NCBI GenBank assembly: GCA_963693055.1
Contig: OY843751.1
Span: forward strand, 480,001 to 544,000
DNA: 64,000 nt
Direction of reading: 5' to 3'
Source of the DNA: a bacterium
GTDB taxonomy: Bacteria; Zhuqueibacterota; Zhuqueibacteria; Residuimicrobiales; Krinioviventaceae
Part shown: one piece after another, positions 47,188-58,163 of the stretch
Numbering within the stretch: the stretch's first letter is position 1
Layout of the letters: each line of letters begins with the position of its first letter
Notes under the pieces: model-generated
Database searches by the model: none
What the model was told of the DNA's origin: nothing
What the model saw: only the letters and a program-made list of their open reading frames with translations
Translations under genes and position numbers: made by a program

Positions 47188-47380
47188 TTGCATAAATTGA
47201 TTTTTTTTGTTAAAATCTTTTATTAATCATGTACGAGAATAAACAAGAATATTCTTAGATAATAGATCAAATTGTTCTATACAGAGCAAGTTTGGGAGTT
47301 TGATTTGTTATATTGCATTATGGGGTTCTGAAAAATTATTAATATACCTTATTTATTGAAAACTAGAAATAGGAATTGAA

Positions 47381-47893
47381 ATGCCAAGAGAAAATCCAGT
47401 TAATATTGAACTATCTTTGTCAATAGAGGAATTGGAAAATTTGATTTCAGCCACCATTGAGAAATATTATGAATTATTTGGACATGAATGTTTACAACAA
47501 TTTTGTGGATACGAAGAGATCGAAAATAGTGATTTAAAAGATATGTTGATGCCAGTTAAGCAGATAAATCAAAGTTTATTATATAATACCAAATGTGTTC
47601 GTATAATTCTAGTTAAGGGGTATAGAGGTGAGGGCATGTTTTTAAAAGATTTAAAAATGAGGGACGAGTTAATAACTATAATTGTGAATAAAAGTATGAT
47701 TGATGATTTAAACTCGGGACTGACAGTGCCAGCCCCAAAACAAACTTATAGAATAAAAACTGCATATATCGATGAAAATTTAGATAAATATTTTTATGAT
47801 TATAATAAACATATCTCATTGCAGACTTTTTATTCTGGCTTTGTTGAACAAAGAAATGAGAATTTGTATGAAACAAGAAAACGATTAGAATGA
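47381..47893 (+). CDS. Hypothetical protein, AT-rich orphan
   Basis: 170-aa ORF with RBS agga; no recognised motif. Confidence 0.55.
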   Translation: MPRENPVNIELSLSIEELENLISATIEKYYELFGHECLQQFCGYEEIENSDLKDMLMPVKQINQSLLYNTKCVRIILVKGYRGEGMFLKDLKMRDELITIIVNKSMIDDLNSGLTVPAPKQTYRIKTAYIDENLDKYFYDYNKHISLQTFYSGFVEQRNENLYETRKRLE

Positions 47894-47919
47894 ATTTTGT
47901 TTTAAAATATTTACTATTT

Positions 47920-50163
47920 TTATAACCTCCACGCATAACCTATCTTGCAAAAAAATACCCGGTCTGTTTCATAAAGCGGGTCCATATTGTTGCCAGTGTA
48001 ATTATCTGTATACCCGAGATACAATGCGGTTTGTGGATTGATTTTGTATGAAAACAGCAGTTGAGTAAAAAAATATTTATCAATTGATTTTACGTCATCA
48101 TCAATATAAAGAGATGAATTCCTTTTATAATAATAGTATTGTAATATTGATCGGATGAACATGCGTTTACTGAATTGATAAACGAGTTTTATATTGCTGA
48201 TATGTGCACTATATAAACGCCCCGGTTGAACATCCAGATATTCGTATTTCTGCTCCCATTCTAAAGAAAAATGGTTTCCCGGTTTAAATGTTGTTTCTGC
48301 TATTAACAGCATGCGAGTGCCAGGACGCTCATTGCTATAATCGATCTGATCTCCATATTTACATTGCAGTTCAAAAATAAACAGCGATGTGGGGCGCATC
48401 AAAGTCCAAAAATTGATCAAATTCATGGGGTATTGTTTGCCTTTGTAATAGTCATTTGCCGATTCTCCATAAATGGTTATCTCGGTTTGATATGGGCCTT
48501 TGTATATAATTCTGCTTGTCCATGCGCTGTGCAAAGGCATGTACATCCAATCCCTTTTAATATCATGACTTGCATACCAGTTCAATACCGTGAACCAGCT
48601 TCCAGGTTCTCGCTGCCATTTTAGCATTCCCCCCAATTCCTGATATCGGATGCCGGCCTGGGTAATGAATCCCAAATCGGCCCTGTACCCCGGAGCAAAC
48701 TGCCGATACAATCCATACAACATGTAATTACGGGTTTCATGATAATGGCTTACAGATAATGCCGAGCCGTTTATTTTTCCCGGATTTTGTTCAAATGCCG
48801 CAGAAATAGAATCCGGGTATTGGGTGGTTGAGTTTAACACCTGAAAACGAAACTGATCTTGTGGTGTAAAACGCAATAAACCATCTATGCCACCCAACCG
48901 ATTATGATAGTTGTCACCTTCTCTGTCTGTAAGAATGATTCCAACATTTGATGTATTATAATCATATTTGTAACGCAGGGCGGTGTTGGTATTTTCTTTA
49001 AAAATAGTACCGCTTTGGGATGATTGTTCCCCAGGAATGATTAAATTTGTAATTTTGTCTCGCAAGCTGAAAAATCCCACAGTATGGGGCCCTTCTTTGC
49101 CCGTAAGCTTTATGCCGAAATCCGGATCGGCAATTGATCGGGTGTAAACAGCGCTGGTATAGGTTTTGAAATAGTCTCCACTCTCTAAAAAGAAAGGGCG
49201 CTTTTCAGCATAGTTTATGGCGTATTGACGGTTAATATCAAGATGTTTATTATCCGCTTCTACCTGTGAAAAGTCAGGATTCAGTGCGCCGTTTAATGCA
49301 ATATTCGGAGTCAAACCCAGGCGGGCTGAAACTCCTGCATCAATATCCTGCTGATCTGTGATCATGTGCGAACCATATCCATCCTGCCTTGTTGAACTGT
49401 GAATAGAAGATAAAGTGGGAGCAATCTCAAAGTCGCGACCGGGTTTAACGTTTTGAAACCCTTTTAATTTTAATGCCTGGCATAAATAGCAATTGTTGCT
49501 TCGGTCTCTGGGAAATGAGCCAAAATAATGTCTCACGTTACGGGGATAGTTACGTACAATATCGAATCCCCATACTTGTTCTTCTGATGTTTGCTGAAAT
49601 CCCAACGAGCTAAAAGGGATTGCCATTTCTACGATATAGCCGTCAGATGTTATTCGTCCATGAGAATCCCAAATCCCTTCCCATGAAATGGTATTCCCGG
49701 TTGCATCTTTGATCAAATCTCCCTGTATACCAAAGGGATTGCAGTAAAAATTAGTACTGCGCTGGTTATCATTAAATGTATCAAACAAAACCATCACCCA
49801 GTCGTCGCTGAAAATTTTATCCCGGTCACAGAAATGGGCCCGGATATCTTGTGGAGAAGGATCTTGACAGATAAATCCTACATATACATAATCCTTGTCA
49901 TACATGAGTAATGCTTGGGTTTGTACAGGTGCCGAAATATTTTCTCCCGGCTGAACTTCAATATTAGCGTTGACTAAAAGTGCGTCTTCCCATTGAGGTT
50001 CATCCAGTTTTGCGTCAATATGAATTCCTGATTTGACCTGGGGGATATGTAACGGATTTTCTAAATTTTCATTTGAAGATGCGTTGACTGTTTTAGATTG
50101 CATTATTATCAATATAATGAAAAGCTTGAAATATATGTTCATATGCATAGTGTAATACTCCAT
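47920..50163 (-). CDS. CBM9-like plus DUF5916-type outer-membrane protein
   Basis: IHIDA.LDE..W, DTFND, NPFG.Q.D, GYIVEMAIPF.SL, NPDFSQVEAD, EKRPFF.E, TRSI; ends KIGYAW.L. Confidence 0.8.
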   Translation of the reverse strand: MEYYTMHMNIYFKLFIILIIMQSKTVNASSNENLENPLHIPQVKSGIHIDAKLDEPQWEDALLVNANIEVQPGENISAPVQTQALLMYDKDYVYVGFICQDPSPQDIRAHFCDRDKIFSDDWVMVLFDTFNDNQRSTNFYCNPFGIQGDLIKDATGNTISWEGIWDSHGRITSDGYIVEMAIPFSSLGFQQTSEEQVWGFDIVRNYPRNVRHYFGSFPRDRSNNCYLCQALKLKGFQNVKPGRDFEIAPTLSSIHSSTRQDGYGSHMITDQQDIDAGVSARLGLTPNIALNGALNPDFSQVEADNKHLDINRQYAINYAEKRPFFLESGDYFKTYTSAVYTRSIADPDFGIKLTGKEGPHTVGFFSLRDKITNLIIPGEQSSQSGTIFKENTNTALRYKYDYNTSNVGIILTDREGDNYHNRLGGIDGLLRFTPQDQFRFQVLNSTTQYPDSISAAFEQNPGKINGSALSVSHYHETRNYMLYGLYRQFAPGYRADLGFITQAGIRYQELGGMLKWQREPGSWFTVLNWYASHDIKRDWMYMPLHSAWTSRIIYKGPYQTEITIYGESANDYYKGKQYPMNLINFWTLMRPTSLFIFELQCKYGDQIDYSNERPGTRMLLIAETTFKPGNHFSLEWEQKYEYLDVQPGRLYSAHISNIKLVYQFSKRMFIRSILQYYYYKRNSSLYIDDDVKSIDKYFFTQLLFSYKINPQTALYLGYTDNYTGNNMDPLYETDRVFFCKIGYAWRL

Positions 50164-50378
50164 TTTTCATCTGACAACTAACGAGTATTGTCAATTGGGT
50201 TAGGATATACGTCTCTCATGATGTGATTGGGTATAGAGCCACACCTGGTATTTAGTTAAGATATTTTAAAGCCTGTTATTAACCGGGGATGATTTAAATC
50301 TTGTCTGGACGTACCTCTCTTGTAAACCCATTCGGATACTGGGAAAGGTTTCTATACGATTTTATTGGTTTTTGTTTA

Positions 50379-50410
50379 AAAAGGGCCGGTGTTCAAGAAT
50401 CCGACCCTTT
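50379..50410 (-). terminator. Terminator after the M56/M23 gene
   Basis: aaaagggccgg...ccgacccttt. Confidence 0.5.
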
Positions 50411-50429
50411 GTTTGGAGTCTGAAGGAAA

Positions 50430-51953
50430 TTAATTGTCAAGGTTGCTAAAATTAACATACTCTGCAGGATTAACGTTTTCATTATTTATCAGGATTTCAA
50501 AATGAAGGTGAGGGCCGGTAGATTTACCTGTAGTACCTACACTGCCTATTTTTTCACCTGTTTTGACTGTTTGTCCCAAAGTTACATTGACATCCTGCAT
50601 GTGAGAATACAGGGTCTGTACGTTGTTTTCATGCTGAATAACTACATACCGTCCCCGACCGTTGTTTATGGTATATTGGGTAACGACTGTGATAACTGTA
50701 CCATCTGCCGAAGCCAATATACTTGTCTCTTTGGGTGATTTTATATCGATCCCTGAATGGAACCTTTTCTTTTGTGTAAAAGGATCTATCTGATCTCCAT
50801 AGTCTGCACTGATTCTGCCGGTTTCAAGCGGCAAAACAAACTCTGTTTGAGATGCAGATATTGATGATGGTTCTGCTTTCGATACTGATTCAGGCATTGG
50901 CGTTTCTGCCGACACCTGGGGCAGGTATACTGCCATAGGCAGGACTAGCAGTCCCAGCAGCAGTACACCCACCCTGATGATGGTGTTGTTCGTTTTCATA
51001 AGCCTCCCTCTGCTTATTTGTTGTAAACGATTTTTTATGAATTGTGAATTACGTCCAAATTCTGGTAATAAAGCAATACGGTTAGAAGCAGCAACATTAA
51101 ATTTTAATACCTGAATTAAACCCATTCCATATTGTTTTCTCGATAAAGCAGAATTCTTTAATACCATTTGGTCACACAAAATTTCACGCGATTGATTGAG
51201 TCTCAGGTTTGTATACCAAACCAATGGATTGAAAAAATAGATGACCTGAATTAGGTATTGGAGTTTTAACCAGATATCGTCATAGCGTTTAATATGTGCG
51301 CATTCATGGGCAATAACGGGTTCTATGGTTGTGAATTCTGATGATGCCAATGCATGAGGTAGGCAAATTACAGGATTAATGATGCCAATTGTAAAGGGAA
51401 TATGATATCCCCTGGTCTCTACCAGTCTGATGTTACGTTTAATATTAAAATGACGTTTCCATAATTCTATTGTTTGTAATAACTGTTTGTCATTCAATGG
51501 AGTAGAGCGTTTAATTAACAGACGATAATGTTCCAGTCTGGCTAGTAAAACCACAAGAAACAGGAATATACCAATTAGCCATATTGCAACGAGTGTGTTT
51601 TGTATTGTAATAATATTGTTTTCAAGATTAGGTACCTGTAAAATGGCATTATCAGCTTCAGCAACAAAGGTATTGTCTGAAATGAGCAGATTGTTTTCAG
51701 CATTTACTTGTTTAGGTATTACTTGATATATGGCTGAAACCAAATTCCTTGCACTCCAGGGGGCTGAAATATCTGTGGGAAGAACCAGCCGTATCAGAAC
51801 CAGCGTCCATAATGCATAGTGCAGGTAAGGTGATTTTTTTCTAAAAATGAAGGATAAAAAAAGAACCAACAGGAATATCAGGGTTGAAAACAATACCTGT
51901 TCTTTAAGATACTCAAAAAGCTGGTGAGAGATTGTGAACAACAGGGTTTGCAT
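50430..51953 (-). CDS. BlaR1-type M56 peptidase fused to M23 peptidase
   Basis: HECAH, FFNPLVW, REILCD (M56); FHSGID, ADG.V, YSHM, GKSTGPHLHFE (M23). Confidence 0.92.
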   Translation of the reverse strand: MQTLLFTISHQLFEYLKEQVLFSTLIFLLVLFLSFIFRKKSPYLHYALWTLVLIRLVLPTDISAPWSARNLVSAIYQVIPKQVNAENNLLISDNTFVAEADNAILQVPNLENNIITIQNTLVAIWLIGIFLFLVVLLARLEHYRLLIKRSTPLNDKQLLQTIELWKRHFNIKRNIRLVETRGYHIPFTIGIINPVICLPHALASSEFTTIEPVIAHECAHIKRYDDIWLKLQYLIQVIYFFNPLVWYTNLRLNQSREILCDQMVLKNSALSRKQYGMGLIQVLKFNVAASNRIALLPEFGRNSQFIKNRLQQISRGRLMKTNNTIIRVGVLLLGLLVLPMAVYLPQVSAETPMPESVSKAEPSSISASQTEFVLPLETGRISADYGDQIDPFTQKKRFHSGIDIKSPKETSILASADGTVITVVTQYTINNGRGRYVVIQHENNVQTLYSHMQDVNVTLGQTVKTGEKIGSVGTTGKSTGPHLHFEILINNENVNPAEYVNFSNLDN

Positions 51954-52345
51954 TAGGATTCCTCCTCGTCCATATTTTCCAGATAAGATTCAAGCTCTTG
52001 AATCTCTTCCGGGCTGAGAGTGTTTGAATCCGCAAACATGGATACAACCTGAGAAGTTTCTGTCTCAAGCACGCGGTCTGCAAAAAAACGGACAAAATGT
52101 GCTAGCCCTGCAGGTCGTGAGATGAGAGGGGTATAAAGAAAAATACCATGAAAATCTTCGCGCTTTAACAGACCTTTATTTACCATGCGGTCCATCATGG
52201 TTTTGGTAGTTGTATACGCCCATCCATAGGTGACTTGAAGTTGATCATGTGTTTCTCGAACGGTTTGTTTTCCGGTTTTCCAGAGGGTCCTTAAAATATC
52301 ATATTCGGCTCTGGAGAGATTTGGCAATGATTTGTCTAGTGTCAT
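51953..52345 (-). CDS. BlaI/MecI/CopY-family repressor
   Basis: LS.AE..IL..LW, WAYTT..T.M.R...KGLL.R; ATG 52345. Confidence 0.92.
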   Translation of the reverse strand: MTLDKSLPNLSRAEYDILRTLWKTGKQTVRETHDQLQVTYGWAYTTTKTMMDRMVNKGLLKREDFHGIFLYTPLISRPAGLAHFVRFFADRVLETETSQVVSMFADSNTLSPEEIQELESYLENMDEEES

Positions 52346-52384
52346 TATTAAGCTCTGTTTGTTTTTAATATCTCTGCTAATTTG

Positions 52385-52425
52385 TAGTAGCACTATTAAT
52401 TTATAAAATTATTAGAAATTGTCAA
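52385..52425 (-). promoter_or_regulatory. sigma70-type promoter with candidate operator palindrome
   Basis: TTGACA (52420-25, minus strand); TAGT-N3-ACTA palindrome at 52385-95. Confidence 0.45.
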
Positions 52426-52544
52426 GTATTTATTTTAAAATCTTTTCTTTTTTATTTGGTTTTTACAATATTTTTTGAATGTTTATTGAATTTTACTTAC
52501 ATTGTATTAAGCTTTTTACTAAATCTAAAACGGGAGCATGGGTA

Positions 52545-53759
52545 ATGAAAATTAGAGAAATAGTTGGTGCAATAGGACCGGCATTTATTATGGCCTCTGT
52601 TGTATTGGGACCCGGGAGCATTACAACATCATCTAAAATTGGTGCTGATTATGGTTACCAGCTGCTGTGGATTATTGTTCTCGCAGCTATTGCTATGGGC
52701 GCATATATTATGATGGCAGCAAGATTTGGGGTATCGCATGAAAAAAGTATACTGAACACAATTGCTGATTCTTATGGACGCTGGTTTGCGGGATTAATTG
52801 GTATTTCCTGTTTTTTAATGGCTTCCAGTTTTCAATTTGGCAATAATCTGGGTGTAGCAACTGCTATGCAAACCATTACAGGTATACCCGAGCCGGTTTG
52901 GCCTGTTATGTTTACATCAATGGCAATTATTCTGGTGTTTTATGCTAAAAATTTGTACAAAGTTTTAGAAAAGCTTATGATGGTGTTGGTTATGACCATG
53001 ATTATAGCGTTTTTTATAAATCTTGTTTTTACCAGACCCAATTTAGCAGCAACAGCAAAGGGCTTTATCCCTTCAATTCCTAATCATGCTTATAACGAAG
53101 TTGCAGCATTGGTTGCAACAACTTTTTGTCTGCATATTGCTATTTATCAATCCTATCTTGTTCAGAACAAGGGCTGGAAAATTGATGATTTAAAAAGCAG
53201 CATGCGAGATAATATTGCCGGAATTATCATGCTTGGTGGTATCAGTATGCTGATTATTATGACATCTGCTGCCGCACTGAATCCGCGTGGCATTCATATA
53301 GCAACGGCTGCTGATATGGCAATTCAGCTTGAGGCTCTTTTCGGTCCTTTTGCAAAGATTATATTCAGTATAGGATTATGGGCTGCTGCGTTTTCTTCAT
53401 TGACCGTTAATGCTGTTGTTGGTGGCGGATTAATGGCCGATGGTTTGGGACTAGGACGTACCATGGAAGAGAAATGGCCCAAGATCTTTACTGTATTTGG
53501 AATGCTTGTGGGAATGATGATTGCCGTATTTTTCAAAGGTAATATTGTCCATGCATTGGTTCTCGCGCAAGCCTCTTCGTTATTTGCTGTACCTGCTGTT
53601 GCAATTGGTTTGTTTATGATTTTGAATAATAAAAAAGTTATGGGCAAGCTTGTAAATACCTGGCAGCAAAATATTGTTGCGGTTTTTGGATTATTTTTGA
53701 TCATGATCATGGTTTGGCGGATGTATGAAAGATTGGTAGGTTTTTTAGGACAGCTCTAG
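52545..53759 (+). CDS. NRAMP-related divalent metal transporter
   Basis: GPAFI.A...LGPGSITT...GA.YGY.LLW, FQ.GN..G; about 11 TM segments; lacks canonical DPGN. Confidence 0.85.
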   Translation: MKIREIVGAIGPAFIMASVVLGPGSITTSSKIGADYGYQLLWIIVLAAIAMGAYIMMAARFGVSHEKSILNTIADSYGRWFAGLIGISCFLMASSFQFGNNLGVATAMQTITGIPEPVWPVMFTSMAIILVFYAKNLYKVLEKLMMVLVMTMIIAFFINLVFTRPNLAATAKGFIPSIPNHAYNEVAALVATTFCLHIAIYQSYLVQNKGWKIDDLKSSMRDNIAGIIMLGGISMLIIMTSAAALNPRGIHIATAADMAIQLEALFGPFAKIIFSIGLWAAAFSSLTVNAVVGGGLMADGLGLGRTMEEKWPKIFTVFGMLVGMMIAVFFKGNIVHALVLAQASSLFAVPAVAIGLFMILNNKKVMGKLVNTWQQNIVAVFGLFLIMIMVWRMYERLVGFLGQL

Positions 53760-53777
53760 TTGTTTAATTTTTTTAAT

Positions 53778-53817
53778 AAAAAAGCCCTGTATCAGGTTAT
53801 ATGATGCAGGGCTTTTC
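53778..53817 (+). terminator. Intrinsic terminator
   Basis: aaaagccctgtatca...tgatgcagggctttt. Confidence 0.7.
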
Positions 53818-53903
53818 TCGTTTTGGGGTCCTTTGTTTGCTCAATTAATTAGAAAATGGTATATAAATTGCTATATATCTTTTGAGGTAAAGAGAGGTAT
53901 GTT

Positions 53904-55016
53904 ATGTATTTAAAATTTTTTGAAGAACCTTCAAAAAATACATTGCTCCAAACCTTGAAAGAAGTAGAGGAAACAACTGTTTATAAATCGGTTATGATTC
54001 TCGCAACGGCTAATCTGGAAATGACATCGGATGATTTTTTAAATGTATTAAACTCTCTGCATATCAAGGTGTTTGGAGGATTGTTTCCACAAGTTGTATT
54101 TGAAGACAAGTCCTTTGAAACCGGCTTGATTGTCGTTGCTATGGAACAAGATGTAGAGTTGATCAAGCTTGAAAATATAAGTGATCCTGATTTTAACCTT
54201 GAAGATTTTATTGATCCAGAGCTATCTATTGATTTTAATACAATATTTGTTTTTATAGACGGACTTGCCAAGGGGATAAGCAATGTTATTAATGAACTTT
54301 TTAACGAGTTTGGACTGGATGTAAATTATATCGGGGGTGGTTCAGGAAGCATGTCTATGCAGCAGGAACCCTGTTTATTTACTAATGATTCTTTTTTCGA
54401 CGATGGGGCTATATTGGCGTTGATGACAACTCAAAGTGGTATAGGGGTAAGTCATGGATGGAAAGATTTAACAGGGCCATTTAAAATTACAGATTCTTTT
54501 CAAAATGTGATCAAAGCAATTAACGGTGAACCCGCTTTTGAACTATATAAACGAGTTATTGCACAATATACTGATTTAGAGATCACAGAAGAAGCTTTTT
54601 ATGATATTGCCAAGTCCTATCCTTTTGGTATTACCATGTTGGATGATCACAGAATTGTAAGAGATCCTATAAAGGTTGTGGATGGGAAATATTTGGAATG
54701 CGTAGGTAATGTGCCCAATGGTTCCTTTGTTTATATTCTATCTGGTAACCGGGATGACTTGCTAGCCGCGGCAAAAGAAGCTTTGAAAAAGGGAGAAATG
54801 AATTATAACGGAAGCGATCAAAAAAGCTATATCTTTATTGATTGTATCTCCCGTGCACTTTATTTAAAAGAATCCTTTCTCTATGAAGTTACTACGGTTT
54901 ATCATCCTGAATATCAAATGTTTGGGGCGTTGACCCTCGGTGAGATCAGTAATACAGGTAAAGAATATCTTGAATACTATAACAAAACTATTGTTGTTGG
55001 AGTAATTGAATCTTGA
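53904..55016 (+). CDS. FIST N/C domain sensor protein
   Basis: VFGG.FP, FIDG, IGGGSG, SHGW, INGEPA...Y, YPFG, RDP, DCISR, GALT.GEI. Confidence 0.88.
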   Translation: MYLKFFEEPSKNTLLQTLKEVEETTVYKSVMILATANLEMTSDDFLNVLNSLHIKVFGGLFPQVVFEDKSFETGLIVVAMEQDVELIKLENISDPDFNLEDFIDPELSIDFNTIFVFIDGLAKGISNVINELFNEFGLDVNYIGGGSGSMSMQQEPCLFTNDSFFDDGAILALMTTQSGIGVSHGWKDLTGPFKITDSFQNVIKAINGEPAFELYKRVIAQYTDLEITEEAFYDIAKSYPFGITMLDDHRIVRDPIKVVDGKYLECVGNVPNGSFVYILSGNRDDLLAAAKEALKKGEMNYNGSDQKSYIFIDCISRALYLKESFLYEVTTVYHPEYQMFGALTLGEISNTGKEYLEYYNKTIVVGVIES

Positions 55017-58000
55017 ATGATGATTTAACACAATGCATGCAAAACTGTTATGAAGTTGCTTTATCCATTGGAACAAGTCTTGATTTAGATAAAATGCTTA
55101 AAAATGCATTGTTGAAATATACCAAAAAATTGAATTGTTTTGCCGGGCTTGTTCTTGAAGCTGTAGATACTAACAGTTATAATGTTATATTCTCAATTCC
55201 CAATCGGAATAAGACATCTTTGATAGAGATGGCAGACTTGATTCGTGCTAACGATGGAGATATTTATTCATTATCTGGAAAAATGAAACAATACCCACAT
55301 TTGAAAAATATTGATAAAGATTTTATTCAGTATATGAAACTGGAAGATTTTGGGCTGTTAATTCTATTTAAATATGGCTCTCCATTTAATCAGTTTATAT
55401 TTGATTCTCTGTCACCTTTGAATGAAAAGCTTGCTTATGCATGTATTGCTGCCAGAAAAAATGAAGATTTAAAAAAAGCAAATGAAGCATTGATAAAAAA
55501 AACGATTCACTTGAATGAATCTCAGAGCCAACTTCTTGATATGGTGGAGGTCAATGAAAAAACCAGAGAAGCTCTGATCAAAAGTGAACGAAAATATCGT
55601 TCAATATTTGAAAATATACAGGATATTTTTTATAGAACCGATAAAGATGGTATTATTACTGAAATTAGTCCTTCTATTTATAGATACTCTGGTTTCCCGA
55701 GAGATGAGGTTTTGGGGCAGCCTGTTGAATTTTTCTACAAAAACAAAACAGACAGAAGAAAATTAGATAAAGCTTTACGTGCAGATGGTGAAGTTACCGA
55801 TTTTGAAGTAAGGTTGAGACATAAAGATGGTAAAGTAATTTATACATCTGTAAATGCTCACGTGTTGTTTGATTTGCACCGACGTCCTATTGGTATTGAA
55901 GGCTCGCTACGGGATGTAACCAATCGAAAATTGGTTGAAATGGAGCTTACTCAGAGCAAAGAACAATTTCAAACCATAGTAAATTCATTGCCACAGGGAA
56001 TCATTACTATTGATGCGGAAACAAAAAAAATTGTTAGCTGTAATCCCAAAGCTTACGAATTATTGAAAACAACAAAAGAAAGAATGCTGGGCTCTTACTG
56101 TTACAACTTTTTTTGTCCTACACCCAAGAACTGTTGCCCGATTGATAGAAATGTTAATGTTGTAAATGATGAAAAATTTATTACTGCTGCAGATGGTGAA
56201 AAAATACCGGTTATGAAAACCGTTGTTACATTTCATGATAAAAATAAAAAATATTTTCTGGAAAGTTTCATAGATATACGTGACAAAGTCAAGGCGGATG
56301 AAGCATTAAAAACATCGGAAAGCAAGTACAGGAGCCTTGTTGAAAATATTCGTGATTTAATATTTACCATAAGCCCTGATGGAATTATTACCTATGTAAG
56401 CGACAGTATGGAAGAAATTTTGGGTTATTCTCCCGACTATTTTTTAGGAAGAAAATTGTTAGATATAATTCCTGAAGCTGAGCAAAGAAGAGCCCGGGTG
56501 TTATTGAAAAAAGGCTTTAGTGGAAATAAAGTAACACAATACCAGATTAAGACCCGTCATAAATCAGGTGAATTGGTGTGGTTAGAAGTATCTTTTTCAC
56601 GAATTTGGAACAATGAGCAGGTTGAAGGGGCCTTGGCTATTGCCAGAGATATTACTGAAAGAAAGCAGTTTGAAAATGAGCTGGTTAAAGCCAAAGAAGC
56701 CGCAGAAGAAGCTAACAAATCCAAAAGTCGTTTTTTGGCAAATATTAGTCATGAAATTAGAACTCCCATGAATTCAATTATTGGCTTTTCTGATCTTTTG
56801 GGTGACCTTTTAAACGACAAAACACAGTTGGAGTACCTTGGTGCAGTTAAATCCAGCAGTCATGCTCTTTTGGCCTTATTGAATGATATTTTGGACTTGT
56901 CTAAAATTGAGGCCGGCAAAATGGAGCTGAAATATAAATTTGTCGATATTTATGAATTTATAAATGATATCAATCAACAGTATATTTATGCGGCACAAAA
57001 AAAGAATATAAAATTTGAAGTAGAGATAGACCCGGAACTTCCTCATATGTTATCGATTGGTGAGGTACGGTTAAGGCAAATTTTGATTAATTTGATTGGT
57101 AATGCTATTAAATTTACTCATAAAGGCAGGGTGGTTGTTTCTCTAGGCTTTGATAATAAAAATAAAAAGAGTCAGACCGTTGATCTTGTCCTCAAAGTAA
57201 TTGATACAGGAATTGGAGTACCTGAAGATCAGTTTGAGAAAATTTTCCAATCATTTGTTCAAAAGAGTGGCCAGGATAACCGAAAATACGGAGGTACCGG
57301 TTTAGGCCTTGCTATTACAAAACGTTTAACTGAAATGATGAATGGTGAAATAAATATTGAAAGCAAGTTGAATGTAGGAAGCAGCTTTACTGTACATTTG
57401 AATAAAGTTGAATACAAAAAAACAGATACAAAACCCAAAACCCATATTGATAATTATACGGATGTTGAATTTTTAGGTCAATCCATATTGATTGTTGAAG
57501 ATAACAGCATGAACCAGCGACTGTTGAATAGATATTTTCAGGATTATAATTTAAATATCCGGCAAGCGATGAATGGTGTCAAGGCAATGAAAATTCTAAA
57601 AACTTGTACACCAACACTGGTGCTCATGGATTTGCAAATGCCGGCAATGGATGGATATGAGACGATACAGGAAATGAAAAAAATTAAAAGGCTTAAAGAT
57701 ATACCCGTTATTGCTTTATCTGCTACGATGGTTTCAGATTCTAATCGTGAATTCATTGATAAGCATTTTAACGAGTTTCTCAGAAAGCCTGTTATTAAAA
57801 AGGATTTGATTCATACAATCAGCAAGTATCTGAATCATATCAAAGTTGATGAAAAAAGCACCAGGGCAGAGCTGACGCAAGATAAATCGAATGTAATATT
57901 TGATCTGTCTGAAACCAAAAATGAATATTTTGATGCCCAATTTATTGAGCATTGGAATGGCATTAAAGAAACTATGGTCATTCAGGAGATAATTGATTTT

Positions 58001-58153
58001 GCTGATAAAGTTGAAATTATATCAAAGGCCCAGAATGATATAGAGTTGCAAAAATGGAGTGAAATGACCCGAAACGCGGCTAATAATTATCTTGTTGAAG
58101 ATCTTGAAGCGTTGATAACAATTTTTGATGATTTTATAAGTGAAACCAACTAG
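55013..58153 (+). CDS. PAS-domain hybrid histidine kinase
   Basis: Three PAS domains, FLANISHEIRTPMN, NLIGNAIKFT, DTGIG, GGTGLGL, receiver LMDLQMP.MDG. Confidence 0.94.
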   Translation: MNDDLTQCMQNCYEVALSIGTSLDLDKMLKNALLKYTKKLNCFAGLVLEAVDTNSYNVIFSIPNRNKTSLIEMADLIRANDGDIYSLSGKMKQYPHLKNIDKDFIQYMKLEDFGLLILFKYGSPFNQFIFDSLSPLNEKLAYACIAARKNEDLKKANEALIKKTIHLNESQSQLLDMVEVNEKTREALIKSERKYRSIFENIQDIFYRTDKDGIITEISPSIYRYSGFPRDEVLGQPVEFFYKNKTDRRKLDKALRADGEVTDFEVRLRHKDGKVIYTSVNAHVLFDLHRRPIGIEGSLRDVTNRKLVEMELTQSKEQFQTIVNSLPQGIITIDAETKKIVSCNPKAYELLKTTKERMLGSYCYNFFCPTPKNCCPIDRNVNVVNDEKFITAADGEKIPVMKTVVTFHDKNKKYFLESFIDIRDKVKADEALKTSESKYRSLVENIRDLIFTISPDGIITYVSDSMEEILGYSPDYFLGRKLLDIIPEAEQRRARVLLKKGFSGNKVTQYQIKTRHKSGELVWLEVSFSRIWNNEQVEGALAIARDITERKQFENELVKAKEAAEEANKSKSRFLANISHEIRTPMNSIIGFSDLLGDLLNDKTQLEYLGAVKSSSHALLALLNDILDLSKIEAGKMELKYKFVDIYEFINDINQQYIYAAQKKNIKFEVEIDPELPHMLSIGEVRLRQILINLIGNAIKFTHKGRVVVSLGFDNKNKKSQTVDLVLKVIDTGIGVPEDQFEKIFQSFVQKSGQDNRKYGGTGLGLAITKRLTEMMNGEINIESKLNVGSSFTVHLNKVEYKKTDTKPKTHIDNYTDVEFLGQSILIVEDNSMNQRLLNRYFQDYNLNIRQAMNGVKAMKILKTCTPTLVLMDLQMPAMDGYETIQEMKKIKRLKDIPVIALSATMVSDSNREFIDKHFNEFLRKPVIKKDLIHTISKYLNHIKVDEKSTRAELTQDKSNVIFDLSETKNEYFDAQFIEHWNGIKETMVIQEIIDFADKVEIISKAQNDIELQKWSEMTRNAANNYLVEDLEALITIFDDFISETN

Positions 58154-58163
58154 AGGTTTAATT

